From Saccostrea echinata (Eukaryota): 64,000 nt of DNA. Of the stretch, positions 1-12,382 are shown one piece after another (position 1 is the stretch's first letter; each line of letters starts with the position of its first letter). The position numbers and the translations under genes were made by a program. The DNA lies in assembly GCF_033153115.1 (NCBI RefSeq), contig NW_026889772.1:1426001-1490000 (forward strand), read 5' to 3'. The notes beneath the pieces were generated by a model. That model saw only the letters and a program-made list of their open reading frames with translations. It did not search any database and was not told the origin of the DNA.

Positions 1-92
1 AAAAGGCTGCAAGACCTTTTATGAATAATATTGATTAAAGAATTTTCAACAATACTAGGCCTGTCCAACAAATTACTTTTCATTTATATAAT

Positions 93-345
93 TGTGGTAG
101 TTTGTGATTCACGTCCTCATCTCTTTTGAGTGCCGACGCCTGCGGGCGAAGTTCTGGAGGCAGTCACTTTCACCAGCTAGAGACTACCCGGCTCCCAACG
201 TGGGTGCCAAATGTAACAGAGACGTGTATTATGCCTCCGCTTGAGATTGAGCCCGTAACCTCTGGCATGCCAGTCCAGTGCTCTACCAATTGAGCTAAAG
301 GGTTAACCCAAGCTAGTAGGAAGCCATGAATCACACACTACCAAA
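93..345 (-). mobile_element. Short non-autonomous element with a tRNA-derived segment, PBS-like motif, ~19-bp TIRs and 4-bp TSD
   Basis: Termini TGTGGTAGTTTGTGATTCA / TGAATCACACACTACCAAA with TAAT on both flanks. The minus strand reads TAGCTCAATTGGTAGAGC (A box)...GGGCTCAATC (degenerate B box), then TGTTACA-TT-TGGCACCCACGTTGGG. Confidence 0.6.
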
Positions 346-613
346 TAATATTGATGCCAGGGAACATTATTATTGAAAATGCTGAACATCATTAGTGAGC
401 TAGCTTTTCTAGTATCCATTCAGTAGATTAAAAATGGATATGGTTAGCTGCCTGCAACATGTTTAGACACTGGTGGCAGTGAAGTGACTTTGGAGTTTGT
501 TTTTCTGACAGCTGAATGGATACAATTATGTTTTTGAATGGCTGATCTGATCACAGATATATCCAATCTGATGCCCGAGTGACCTACAATCCTACATGTA
601 ATTCACCTTACTG

Positions 614-1796
614 CAGGGTTCTCCATGGGCTGTTTAACATGGCGGCCCCTCCATAGTTGAATTCCTTAGTGCCACAGTTAAAAAAATCAGCGCCATGGTT
701 CCGCCACAGTGAAATATTAGTGCCTGATAGTAAGATCGTCATCGATCAGAAAGATAAATTCATAAACCTCAAAATGAACCTCTAAATTATGTACCTTTTT
801 TCAGTTTCTAATGCTTAACTGTTAACTTACTCTAATTAAGATCCATTGTTTTGTAATTGCTTGCACAATCAATTATCTTCTATCTACCTAGTTGGACTAT
901 ATGCATGAGTGAAAGGAGACAAGCTGTTTTTTCACACGGTAATTGCAAATGAAATTTTTAATACCCAGTTAATTACTTTATAGCTTTATTACTGATAACC
1001 ATGTCTCTAAAATTGCATTGGCACTACGAGTCAAACATCGTGGGTGTATCGTAATCATGCATTGAATTAATGATGGATCCATCGAAATAGTATTTAATGA
1101 CTTGAAACTGCTAAAGTGTTTTTTTTTTATTCACGTCAAGTTTTAAGATACTTAAGTCAACCGAGACCATTAATTGCAAATTGAAATATATAGAAGAAAG
1201 CTCGGTTGTGTGACCTACCAGAATTTCCTCTGTCCTTTATTGAACACTGAAGCTGTATGATAATATACACCTTTTGTAAACTAAATTATTTTTTTCTAAA
1301 TATCAGAGTAAAACTGTTAAACACTTATTATTACTGCTACTATTATATTACTTTTATTATTAGATATTGTAAGCTATATTTGTTTATTTATAAGTACGTA
1401 TGTGGGTTGGTGTGCGTGTGTGAGGGGGGTCTTTTTTCACATTACACAATATATTGGAAACATTCTAATTTTTGTTTTACACTATGTTTACTCAATATCC
1501 ATCAATTGTTTTTATTAAGGTTAATCAATACTCTGATAAGAGAGATAACTCTTAATGACATAAATGTCTATTATTCCTTTATAAATTTGACAAGTTAAAG
1601 TGTCTATTTTGTCCGATTTTGCCCTGCAAGCTAGGCTATAATTGTTTGTATTTTACTTATAAAATACATTTCTTGTGGAAAATCATAACAGTTATGCATT
1701 TGCTTCCTCACGAATTCAATCGCTAACTGATTGCGAATATTAGCACTTCACATAAGTTGTGCACCACAGTAAAATTTGAAATGATTGAGAACCCTG
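614..1796. mobile_element. hAT-like non-autonomous DNA transposon
   Basis: 10-bp TIR CAGGGTTCTC/GAGAACCCTG; imperfect flanking duplication (cttactg/ctactg). Confidence 0.55.
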
Positions 1797-3620
1797 CTAC
1801 TGGTAGGTTTCTGAAGAGACAACAGATATCTAGGTCATGTAGATACTGTATATTCCTTATTTTACACGGGTACTTATTATCACAAATGACTTAAAGATGT
1901 CAAATCGCGACAACATGAATTAGTGACTGGACTGTTCATCAACAGTTTTTACACATATTTCAGCAATATAAAAATAAAAGCAAGTTTTGGCGGTTGCATT
2001 TTAGGGTCGATTTTTCATACTTGCAAATTGAATTAACTGTCAAACTCATAACTTTATCAATAGCACAATGCTTCTAGTACTCAACAATCTTGCTTTTATG
2101 GTTCTTTTATAGTATAAACAGGTAAAAACTTTTTATCAAACTGTTGTGGTATGTCTTGATTTTTTACATTTTGAAATATCACGAGACCTTTATCGAAATG
2201 TAGAGATATTTTCTTTTATTAAGTGATATTTGTAAGTACTAGATGCTTTGTGCTATGATAAATTGTGAATTTGACATTTAACTCAGTTTACAAGTATCAA
2301 GAATTGCCTCTGGTTGGAGGAGGAGAAATTTCCATTTTTCATGGCATGGGTTCTTGCATTTTCCTGGCACATATCAAAATCATGAAAACTGGGAAAACGT
2401 CATATATTTCAGACTAGTAGCCGTGCTGCGCTGTTCCCTGAGCCAGTTGTAACAGCAGTACACATATACATGAAATACATCATAGTGAACTTGTATGTCC
2501 TCAGTATTGGTTTAGTTGTAATGGCAATGCAGTAAGATGCTATGATCATGCAAGTTTGATCAGTGTTAGGATGGACAACCACTGCATATTTTAATATCTA
2601 CATTGTTCTACTGTGGTGCATACAATCTAAGGAAAAAAATCTTTAAATACTTCCAACTGATCAAGAAGTAGAATAATTTTGTCTGAAATCAGTTTTATGT
2701 GACTGTAGTTGTATTCTTGTAAGTGTACAATTAACAACCAACTGCACTGAGTTAATCATTCTTATATATATATATTTTTTTTTTATAGCATGAACTGAGT
2801 GATGTAGATGGAGCATGGATGGCAGTCCCTGCAGATAGAACAAAGTAAGTTTCTGCTTTATTAAACTACCCCCAGATTTTTGTCCTTGACCTTTAACCAT
2901 GTAAATTGTAAAACAGATAAATGCATTACATCCTGTCACGAGGCAGTCCCTTTGTATGATATTATAGTTTTAAACACACTGCGTTTCCCAACAGTTGTAT
3001 TTTTTTTTTAAGTTGCCTGCAGAGCAGAGCAACTTTACCTAGCATCCGTCTGTCCGTCTGTCACACCTCATATCCTAAGAACTTGATAGCCTGATATGTA
3101 TAAATTTGATTTTTTGGACATATATTGCTTGGCACCGTAGCTTTTGTTAAATATGGTTACTGACCTCATGACCCTTGTACTTGACCTTTCACCTACTTTT
3201 GAAAAATAGTTCATAGTGCCGATAAACAGGATATTTTTAACATTTAAAAGCTAAGTTTATGCTATTAGCATGTCACTGTTTATCATAAGATATAAAGAAA
3301 AATACCAGTATTACAGTCTACTTGACCTTTGACCTACTTTGCAAAAATACTTTGGATTGTTAATTTAACTTGTTATCTTTTGAATTTTGAGGGGAAGGGG
3401 CAGGGTTTTGATAACTAGCATTTATATCACATGTTTGTGAGCTCATGACACTGTGCCACACACACACTGAAATTTAAATTTCATTGTTATTTACAATTTT
3501 TTGTAACGGGTACTGCTGATCCAAAGCATCATTTTAAAGCACCCATTTTAAGTCTAGCTATAGTAGAGCTACAGGTTTGCCAGAGACTTATTTTTTTAAG
3601 TGATGAAAGTATGTATATAT

Positions 3621-5446
3621 TACAGTAAATATATGTAATCAGAAATTTCGTGTCTTTCCTGAATTTTAGGAAATGCGTTAAATTCCTAACCTGCTTAGGA
3701 AATACATGTATTTACTGTTATCAGTTAGGAAATACACTTTTTTACTTATTTTTTCAATACTTTTTTCACGTATTTACTGACAGTGTTTTAGTGAAATAAT
3801 TTATATGCATGAATCGTCATTATTGATGAGCAGAGTTCAATAGGTTGTTGTACAGTGTACATGTAAAATAAAAAAAGAACCTACAGATCTTTGGTTGATT
3901 CACTTCCCATTTAAAATGGTTGATGAAAAGGAGGGGATTTTAAGTAAGACAAGCTCTTATCACCAAAAGAAAAGTTAAATGGAGTTAAGAAAGACTAAAT
4001 GCACTAAACTGAACAGAATCCAAAAAAGACAAGAGATCCATGAATATTTTCTATTTTCAAGGTACACATGTGTTTGATTTTTTAAAATAATTGACAGTAA
4101 TTTTGTATATAATGATAGAGTACTGTCTGCTTTGTTAACATTATATATGAATAAGTAAAATTCTGTAAGACAGAGAGTACTAGATTTGCTCATAAATAAA
4201 TGATCACCGTATAAGAAGTTTGCTATCATTGTGATCTAAACTTGTTATAGGAGGATGGAAAACATAATAAAGAAAGTACATGTGCAGATTTCAGGTGCAT
4301 ATGCTAAGAAAAACTTTTACAGATTCACAAGTTTACTTGATTCCACCTCTGGCCTGGTTATAAAACTTTCTGAGTACGTGCTCAAACTCAAACTCTTCTT
4401 CAAAATTTATCTATAAATTATAGAGGAATTTTGAGCATGAGTATGGTTTTGGAGTACAGAGTTTGAGTTTGAGCACTGAGTACATACTCAGAAAGTTTTA
4501 TAACCTCCAGGCCTGATGTTTTTAGATGTCAGTGTTTGCTCTGATATAAATTTGTATTTTGAGCCTTGATTATTGTTCATTATCTCCATATTTCATCACT
4601 TTAATCTGTTTATAGATTTGAAGTATTTTAAAAAATTGAAGATTATGAAAAATTAATAAAGAAAAGGAAATCGGAGGAAGATTCAGTTAAATATTTTTTT
4701 TCCATTGACGAAACTTTTAACATCATTGAAAATAACATTATTCTCAGGATCATGCAGGAAGGGATAAAATGCTAAAAGAACTTAGCAGAAAATATTCTAA
4801 TATTACTGTCAATGCTAACAAGTTATTCAATTTATGTGTGAATAATGTCAACTTCCAAAAATAAAAATCCTTGTAACAGAAATGTTGTGCAACCAATTTT
4901 GCAGAAAATGTTCAATTCTAGAGAGCATGTTGAGTGCATGTTGATCGTTTTGACATGCCGTTTTGAGCGTTGATCGTTTTGAACGTTGATCGTTTTGAGT
5001 ATGTCAGACGGGAATTATCGATTTATTATGAATCACTAACATCAGTAAACAAAGTTTTCTATTCTTGAAAGTTGAAACGAATGGCTGAATTTGCAAGTCC
5101 CTTGAAGCATAAAGAACCGTTTAAAAAAATTGTAACATATTATTTTTTTTAAATAAAACTTAATCTCTTTTTCAAATAAAACTTAATCTTTTTTTAAAAT
5201 AAAACTTAATCTTGTATGATTTTAAATTGTATTCAATTTATAGATTAGTACACTTATGGTTTTACAAGGTTTATCATTTTACAACTAAGGATCAGTAGAA
5301 ACATCTAAAACTCGTTAAGATTTCCAGTAAATACATGTAATTCCTTGTCAGTAATTACTTGTATTTCCTAAAACAGCGAGTAAATACATGTATTTACTGA
5401 ACGGTTCAGGAAATACACGAAATTTCTGTTTAAACATAATTACTGT
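3621..5446. mobile_element. Tc1/mariner-type non-autonomous element (TA-CAGT termini)
   Basis: ~40-bp imperfect TIR tacagtaa..cagaaatttcgtgtctttcctgaa / ttcaggaaatacacgaaatttctg..ttactgta, with subterminal aggaaatac repeats. Confidence 0.6.
4350..4516. mobile_element. MITE nested in the previous element
   Basis: Inverted arms ggttataaaactttctgagta..ctcaaactcaaactc / gagtttgagtttgag..tactcagaaagttttataacc. Confidence 0.65.
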
Positions 5447-5780
5447 AACATATATAAATCTAATTAATCTAAGAAAAATAACTATGTAGCATACTATCAG
5501 TGATTATATGTCTTGGGGTTTTTTTTTGTTTTGTTTGTTGTTGTTGTTGTTTTTTTTTTTCTTGTATTCAAGTTTATTCAGAATATAACTTTGGGCAATA
5601 CATTTAATCATTTCTTTTTACAGAAAATTACCTCAATATATGTGTTTATTTTGAATTATTTAAACTGTATTCTCCGTATGAAGTGCCCCTGGCACTTAGA
5701 AAATTACTCAAAGGGGCAGTTATTTTATATTTATAAAGAAATCTTTTCTATGAACTTTTTTATGCTCTGGCTCTTCCATT

Positions 5781-5867
5781 AACATCATAGGAACCCACAG
5801 GTTTTTTCTTCGTTACACTACGTTGAATGTAGTAACGGAGAGAAAACCTGTATGTTCCCACGATGTT
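5781..5867. repeat. Foldback palindrome / mini-MITE
   Basis: aacatc..ggaac..acaggtttt..cgttac / gtaacg..aaaacctgt..gttcc..gatgtt. Confidence 0.6.
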
Positions 5868-7901
5868 CCATTAAAAGATTTCTGACAAGACATAATGTTT
5901 TGGATTGTGTACATCTGACTCTATCCAGGCTCACAGACTGATGACATGGTCATTTTTATTCTGATTTTTTATTACAGTGTAATTTTGAAGATAGGACCTC
6001 TAGGTTTGGATAATATGATAAGGTTATAAAGGGGACCTTTATAGGGGCATGGGTGTTTAATAGGGAGAATACGGTAGTACAGTTTGATTGTCTCAAATCT
6101 GAGGAGTAATAAAAATCTTGAGTAACTGAAATGAAACTCATGCCAGCATCTAGCACAGAATATTTTACTTTTCTGGATTTCAGAATTGAGTATTAATGAT
6201 GAATAATTTCAATGTGTAGGAAAGGCTAAAGCAATGCCAATTTTACTGAGGAGTTGAGTCAGTTGTCCCTGTTAATAACAATGTTTAGGACTCGTGATAC
6301 AAGTGTTTTGTTATATTTAATACTGATAAACTGTACTTTAAACAATAGCTATTAACTTGTTAATCACTTGTTGGATTTAAATGATGAGAGTTTGCCTGTC
6401 TGTATCATGTACAAATATTTCTGGAAATGAAACATTTTCACAAGGCACTAACTAGGAGCATCAATGTTCCTATAAGGTATGGCTAATTACAAGTAATTCT
6501 GGTGAACTCTCTCATGGAAATTTTCTTAATGTACATGTATAAGATAACTGGAGATGAATTGTTTTATGATGAACAATTTGTTGGCACTTGTTTAATGGGA
6601 ATTTAGAAGTTTGTGTGGTGGATCTTTGTAGGTAGATAAGCAAACAGCAAGGACAATATTTCACAATCTACAATAAAGGGGGGGGGGGGGGTGTAGGCAA
6701 ACAGCAAAGCAGATATTCACAATCTACAATATAAGGGGGGACACATTTTCATTTTTTTCATTTATTGATGTGCAAGCCAATATTTAAAAAAGCATGTGTT
6801 GTGTATTGAGCAGACTGTTCAGTATAAAGGTAAACTAAGATAAATTATAAGACACAAACAACTTATTGACTGAACAGCTGTAGAACTTAAATCAGTTCAT
6901 CTCAAGATGTTGCACATTACAAAAGTTGTCATTGATTTTAGCAATGGGGTCTACACAAACCTTTAATCCAATGTGATATTGATGAAGTCAACATTTTTTT
7001 CACATCATTATAATTACATATTTAAGTTAGTCACTCAACATTAGAGTAAAATTCGTGAAGATACTGCTGAATCAAATCAGGTATTTACAGTTTTAAAAGA
7101 TATATCTTACAGAAGTTTAATTTGTTTATCCTTAAAAAAAAAAACAATTGTTTTTATCAAGAGATTTTTTTTTATTATGGAGAAGATTAAAAAAAACTTT
7201 TTTCCTGATACGTTTAATACATTATTATTTAGAGTGAAAATTATTTAATGAGTTGAACTAGAAAAGGTTATTTAAAAAAATGCCATAAAGAAAATATAAC
7301 CCTGTCAGATGAGCTATATAAGCATTGGATATAGGAGGTGATCATTTCTAAACATTTAAACACAATGTCTATACAATATCACAAAAGATCATTTTTAGAT
7401 TTTTAGCTGATGTGTGTATGTGATTCATCTCTGTTGTTGATGTATGTTACTAAATATTTATGATTATTGATAGCTCATCATAAAGTCACGAATAAAACCC
7501 TCTGACAAACTGCTGTAGCTCCATAGTTCCGAAAACTTAGACGATAACACTATAGTATGAGACTTTTACTTTTCCTGTCTTACAAAGTAGACATACCTGT
7601 ATTTCAAGATTTATTGCATACCTGAAATCAAAATTAATGGCTTTTAAATATAAATGACATCAATGAAATTCTACACCATTAGCATGAAATGCCTGGATTT
7701 ATGAGTAAGACAGTGACTTAGAGAAATTGAGCTTTGGAATTAATTAGTGACACCTGTTTGAGGCCCCCGATATTAATTCAGTATTATTGTAATGGGAGTC
7801 CCGTCTGACAATTGCTTGTCTGTGTAGAGCTCTCACTTTACTGTAAGTGACGCTCGTGGCACCGTCCTCGGTCCGTCAGTACGGGGGCTAGAGTTAAAAT
7901 A

Positions 7902-7933
7902 ATGGAATATAACGATATCGCTCTAAAATACAG
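7902..7933 (+). CDS. SLC45 coding exon 1 (MEYNDIALKY-R)
   Basis: ATG at 7902 and donor CAG|GTAAAG. Its phase matches the acceptor TAG|G at 9644/9645. Confidence 0.7.
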
Positions 7934-8386
7934 GTAAAGATTTTCTTCATCTCCCAAATATAGGAAATAATGGATTGATCCTCAATTAATTGGACTTCTA
8001 AGCATGATCGCTGCTGGTTATTCATTACCGGTATTGTTATATTCTGAAGGTGTAATATGTAAATGTGAACACGTTACATTATGAACTTGTATAAACCTGA
8101 TAATTTCTTCTTACATATTTAATTCACACACATCTCATTTTTTTAACTGTGGATTAATTACCTAAAAAAAAATTATGATTTTAATTTTACAACATGCGTT
8201 TTACTATTTATTTTAGTCGGTATGTTTTTAATGAATCACTTGATTAACTACAATGAGTCGAAAATTAAAATTGACGGACTGTACTCAATGCTGTCAGTGC
8301 TAATTTTTTACAACTGCTCAAATTTCAAAACGATACAAACCATTTTGGAACGCGATTTTATGTAATATGGTTTTATTTTTTAAATA

Positions 8387-8442
<56 letters not shown>

Positions 8443-11198
8443 ACACTCTAGTACACGTATACCATTGAGTATATTCCGTTTGTATGAGCTACGTGTGAAG
8501 AATTCGTGAACACATGCTTGTAATTTTTTTAATTAAAGAATTTTTAGACTTGATAGATTCTGTTAAAAATGTGCATTAAATTCGTCATGAATATTTTCTT
8601 AAAATAAAATGCCCGTCAGTCAGGAAGAACACGTGACAATTAAGTGCTCATTTTAGCTTTGCTAATTAACAAAATGAGGCACATGAAGGGGAATCTAATG
8701 TACGAATTTACAATATGCAGGTTTCTGTGATACAACTGTCATTTAAATAAGAAATTGCAAGTCCTTGGCATTTTTACCATAGCCAAGTTCTAATAGTAAA
8801 TTTAAACGTTAAACGTTCATATTTGTCGTTGGGGAGGTTGACATTTGAGAAACAAAATTTCCTGTAAAATGTTCAGACGTGAAAAGAACGAAGAAAAGGT
8901 ATACTTTAGTAACAGTTGTCAACAATTAATACAATTTTTTCTTCAGCACGTACATTTTGATGTTTTTGGACAACTCGACAACTTTTTATAATCAAACTTT
9001 GATTATGATTAGACAGATATAGTAATCTACAATAATAAGCTCATAGTAAGTACTACATTATAGTACTTGCACGTATACAACTTTTAGTGAAGCTTCTTCG
9101 AGTAACGGAGCAGTTGTCATAGATTGCATGATGTTTAAAATTTATTTTATTTAAATTAAGTACGTTTCTGCGGAGGTTAAGAGCTGAATTCCGAATGCTG
9201 CCTAATACATTGTTTTTTAAAGGATTATTTAAAAAACTAAGACTATTTTCTAATTTTCAGTGCAGAAATCTGCAGTCTCCAAGCGCGCGGGGGGGGGGGG
9301 GGGATACACGTGTTACGTGTACTTTGTATACCGGTGGTAGTTAATATGATAGAACTGAAGGGTAACAAAGACTTCTATCTACTATTCCCCGATTCATATG
9401 TAAGAAAATATTTCAAAAAGAGTTGCAGTGAGAAACCATCAAAGCCTTTAATGTATCAGTTTTTTGTTTGATCATGTTGATGGCTGCAACACAAGATCGC
9501 CCTTGCTCTTACTTTTTGAGCACAGTGTTAAAATCCTAAGTATTCGCCGCCCAGAACCTTTGTCTGTAGAGCTTTTCCGTTTATTACTATTTTAAGCTGG
9601 TATTCAAAACCTCAAAATAAACAATGATTTCTTTGTTGTTGTAGGTCCTCTGTGCAGTACAGCGCACTACCGGAAGTGACGGACAACGATGACAGAGACC
9701 ACGAGCGCCTACTACAGGAAGTGATTCACCACGACGACCCGGATCCCCGCCAAAAACCTGTCACCATGGCAACAGGAAAATCATTATCACTGCTTCAGAT
9801 AATTCTCCTGAATGCTGTGGTATGTGGCGTTGAGATTTGCGCATGCGCTGGATTCACCTACATCCCTCCTATGCTGTTAAAGGCGGGCTACACGGAGGAG
9901 AATATGAGTATAATTTTAGGAATGGGTCCCTTGCTTGGGTTTTTCTTCGTTCCAATAATAGGCCGCGCGAGTGATAACTGCTTTAGTGCTTGGGGTCGAA
10001 GACGGCCATTCATAGTGGGAATTTCATCAGTTCTGATGTTTGCTCTTATTATTATACCTTACTGCGATTGGATCAGTCTTTCCTTATTTGGCCCAGGAAC
10101 AGTGAGTAAAACAGGTGCACTGCTGATTTTAACAGTAGGGGTCGTTCTGCTCGATTTCACTAGTCAAGCCTGTCTGACACCATGTGAAGCATTGCTAAGC
10201 GATGCATCAAAGGAGACCAATCAACAAGAACGTGTTTTCATGGTGTACTCTCAGATGGTGTCGCTAGGGGGATTTCTGGGGTATTTAATTACAGCCCTGG
10301 ACTGGAATACGAATCCTATCGGTGCTCTGATTGGTGGTCAAGAAAGGACTGTGTTCACTGTGTTGGTCTTCCTGTTTGTGTTTTTGTTGTTTGTGACTGT
10401 AGCTGTAGCCAAAGAGGAGCCACAAATCGCACTCCAGAATTCTCATATCCCGGATATAAAAACCCCATTAGAGGGTTTGTCCTCTCCTGCCGCGTTCAGT
10501 GGCCCGGCTTTGGAGTCGGGGTACGAATCGAGTGGCTCGGACGACGGCGCTTTGCCAAATGTGCTCCGCAAGCCCCGATCAAGGTCCCGTCGTCACAAAA
10601 GAAAATTCCGTCCTATTTTATTGTTGTGTATGCCGTTTATTTTTGTTTTAAAACGCTTTAGAATATTTTCATACGTGCAATTTTATGGCAGACTAGTTTT
10701 TGCAGCTATACAAGACAAGCTTCCAGAATCCGTTAAACTGCTGTTAGATATCCCGCTCGTTTTGCAGAAACTGGCTATAGCGAACTTCTGCAGTTGGACT
10801 GCAGTGATGGGATTCAACCTTTTCTTCACAGACTTTGTAGGACAGGCTGTTTACGAAGGGAATCCCAATGCCGAGGAGAACTCCTATCTGCGTGCTCGAT
10901 ATGACGAGGGTGTTCGAATGGGGTCTTGGGGACTCCTGTTTCACTGCATCACTTCCGCTATCTATGCCTTTTTTGTTGAAAATTTAGTGGAGCGTGTCGG
11001 GATCCGCCGGACGTACGCTGCAGGGATGATGACCTTTACCTTGTGTATGGCGGGCATGGTGATGTTCCGGAACATCTATTTTGTGAACACTATGGCGGCA
11101 CTGACTGGTTTTGCGTATGCGACCCTCACGACTATCCCCTTCATTATTGTCACTAAATACCACTCAGAAAAAGAGGTCAGTTAAAAAATGCTATATAT

Positions 11199-11234
<36 letters not shown>

Positions 11235-12382
11235 CTTAGCTCTGTTGGTGCATCTGCAATGTATTTCTTTAAATCTAATGTATTATTTTAACTGATTTAC
11301 GGAAATGATTTAGTTTTGCGAATTTTTTACTATAATCTATCTGACACAAGTACTAATATGCCTCAGGCTTGTTTATAATTACTTTGACAAAAAAAGATCA
11401 GAGATTTCAAAGGACTCGTTTAGGTACGTGCATTATACCTTAATGTTTGTAAAAGTAAAAACTCTGATTAAAAAAAAAGATGAGTAAAGATATTTATCAT
11501 GGAAAAACTTTAAATGCCCACGCACCACTCAGGCCCGTATCAACGGTTTAAAAAGGGCGGGGGGGGGGGGCAACTTTCCAAAAAAAAAAAATCTGACAAG
11601 CAAAAAAGAAAGTTTATTTACTGCATGTCTAAATCCTGGAATATGACAGTGCTCGACCTTACAACATTAAGGGGTTAAAGGGGGGGGGGGCAACCACCAT
11701 CTTCTTAAGGAAAATTAACTAACCGAAAAAAGTGCTCCCCCTGGGCTCCCCGTGTTCTACGGGCCTGCCACTCAGTTTCAAGAAAAAGAAAAACCTAACT
11801 GAACGACATTTTATATGTCGCATGGAAGCTCAGCTGCTGTTTTAATCCAATTCATACCTTAAAGTATTTCAAATAAGCCTGTTGTTTATGTGCTTTCGCA
11901 TGATTTGCTTCCATAAATATGTTTATAGCAATGAAGGCCGACAAACTGTTGTTGAATTGAGTTAAATTTCCTTTTCTCATGAGATTTGGAAGGGGGGGGG
12001 GGGTAAATTTCAAGTCATTATTTCAATATTTTAACATTTTACTGACTACTGTTACTTGAAAAATTATTTTAAATGTCTTGTAAACATTAATTATAAAATT
12101 GATGCCTTTTGGTAGATATACTTCCGGACAGAGAGTGGGAAGAACAACTTCCGGGGGATCGGAACAGACATTGCCACACTAGACTCCGCCTACTTCCTGT
12201 CCCAGGTAATCCTCTCTGGAATGATGGGATATGTTGTTCACATGACCGGAACTGTCCTGTCCTACATGATCACGGCAGGAATTATGGGCATTTTGAGTTG
12301 TTTCTTTATTCAGAGTATTATTACGTCTCGGGAGGAAATGCTGGGTGTAACCAAAAAATGGCATTCTGTCATCAATATATGA
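7902..12382 (+). CDS. SLC45A3: SLC45-family (SLC45A3/prostein-like) MFS sugar:H+ symporter, 3 coding exons, ~609 aa
   Basis: Exons 7902-7933, 9645-11175 and 12116-12382 join in frame through GT-AG introns (AG|G = Arg, then phase 0). Motifs seen: GRASD..WGRRRPFI, LLDFTSQACLTPCEALLSD, LFFTDFVGQAVYEGNP, YDEGVRMGSWGL, RGIGTDIATLDSAYFLSQV. The A3 subfamily call rests on recalled motifs, not a tree. Confidence 0.88.
8390..8439 (+). repeat. (CT)n microsatellite in SLC45 intron 1
   Basis: ~25 CT units. Confidence 0.95.
9645..11175 (+). CDS. SLC45 coding exon 2 (most transmembrane helices and the central loop)
   Basis: 510-codon open frame with hydrophobic helices. Acceptor ttgttgtag, donor GAG|GTCAGT. 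Confidence 0.95.
12116..12382 (+). CDS. SLC45 coding exon 3 (IYFRTESG...SVINI*)
   Basis: Acceptor ttttggtag, RGIGTDIATLDSAYFLSQV motif, TGA at 12380-12382. The frame differs from the ORF-track call 12109..12459. Confidence 0.9.
   Translation: MYFRTESGKNNFRGIGTDIATLDSAYFLSQVILSGMMGYVVHMTGTVLSYMITAGIMGILSCFFIQSIITSREEMLGVTKKWHSVINI

Noticed and set aside
230-305. Functional tRNA gene on the minus strand
   Set aside because: Degenerate B box and acceptor stem, and it is embedded in a TIR/TSD-bounded repeat, so it is treated as TE-derived.
1257-1598. 113-aa ORF and similar short AT-rich ORFs across the window
   Set aside because: Low-complexity F/I/L/Y composition, inside MITEs or introns, no motifs.
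8629-9316. CACGTG E-boxes (MITF/TFEB-type) in SLC45 intron 1
   Set aside because: Only two or three hexamers, none a full CLEAR or M-box consensus, and not distinguishable from chance without conservation data.
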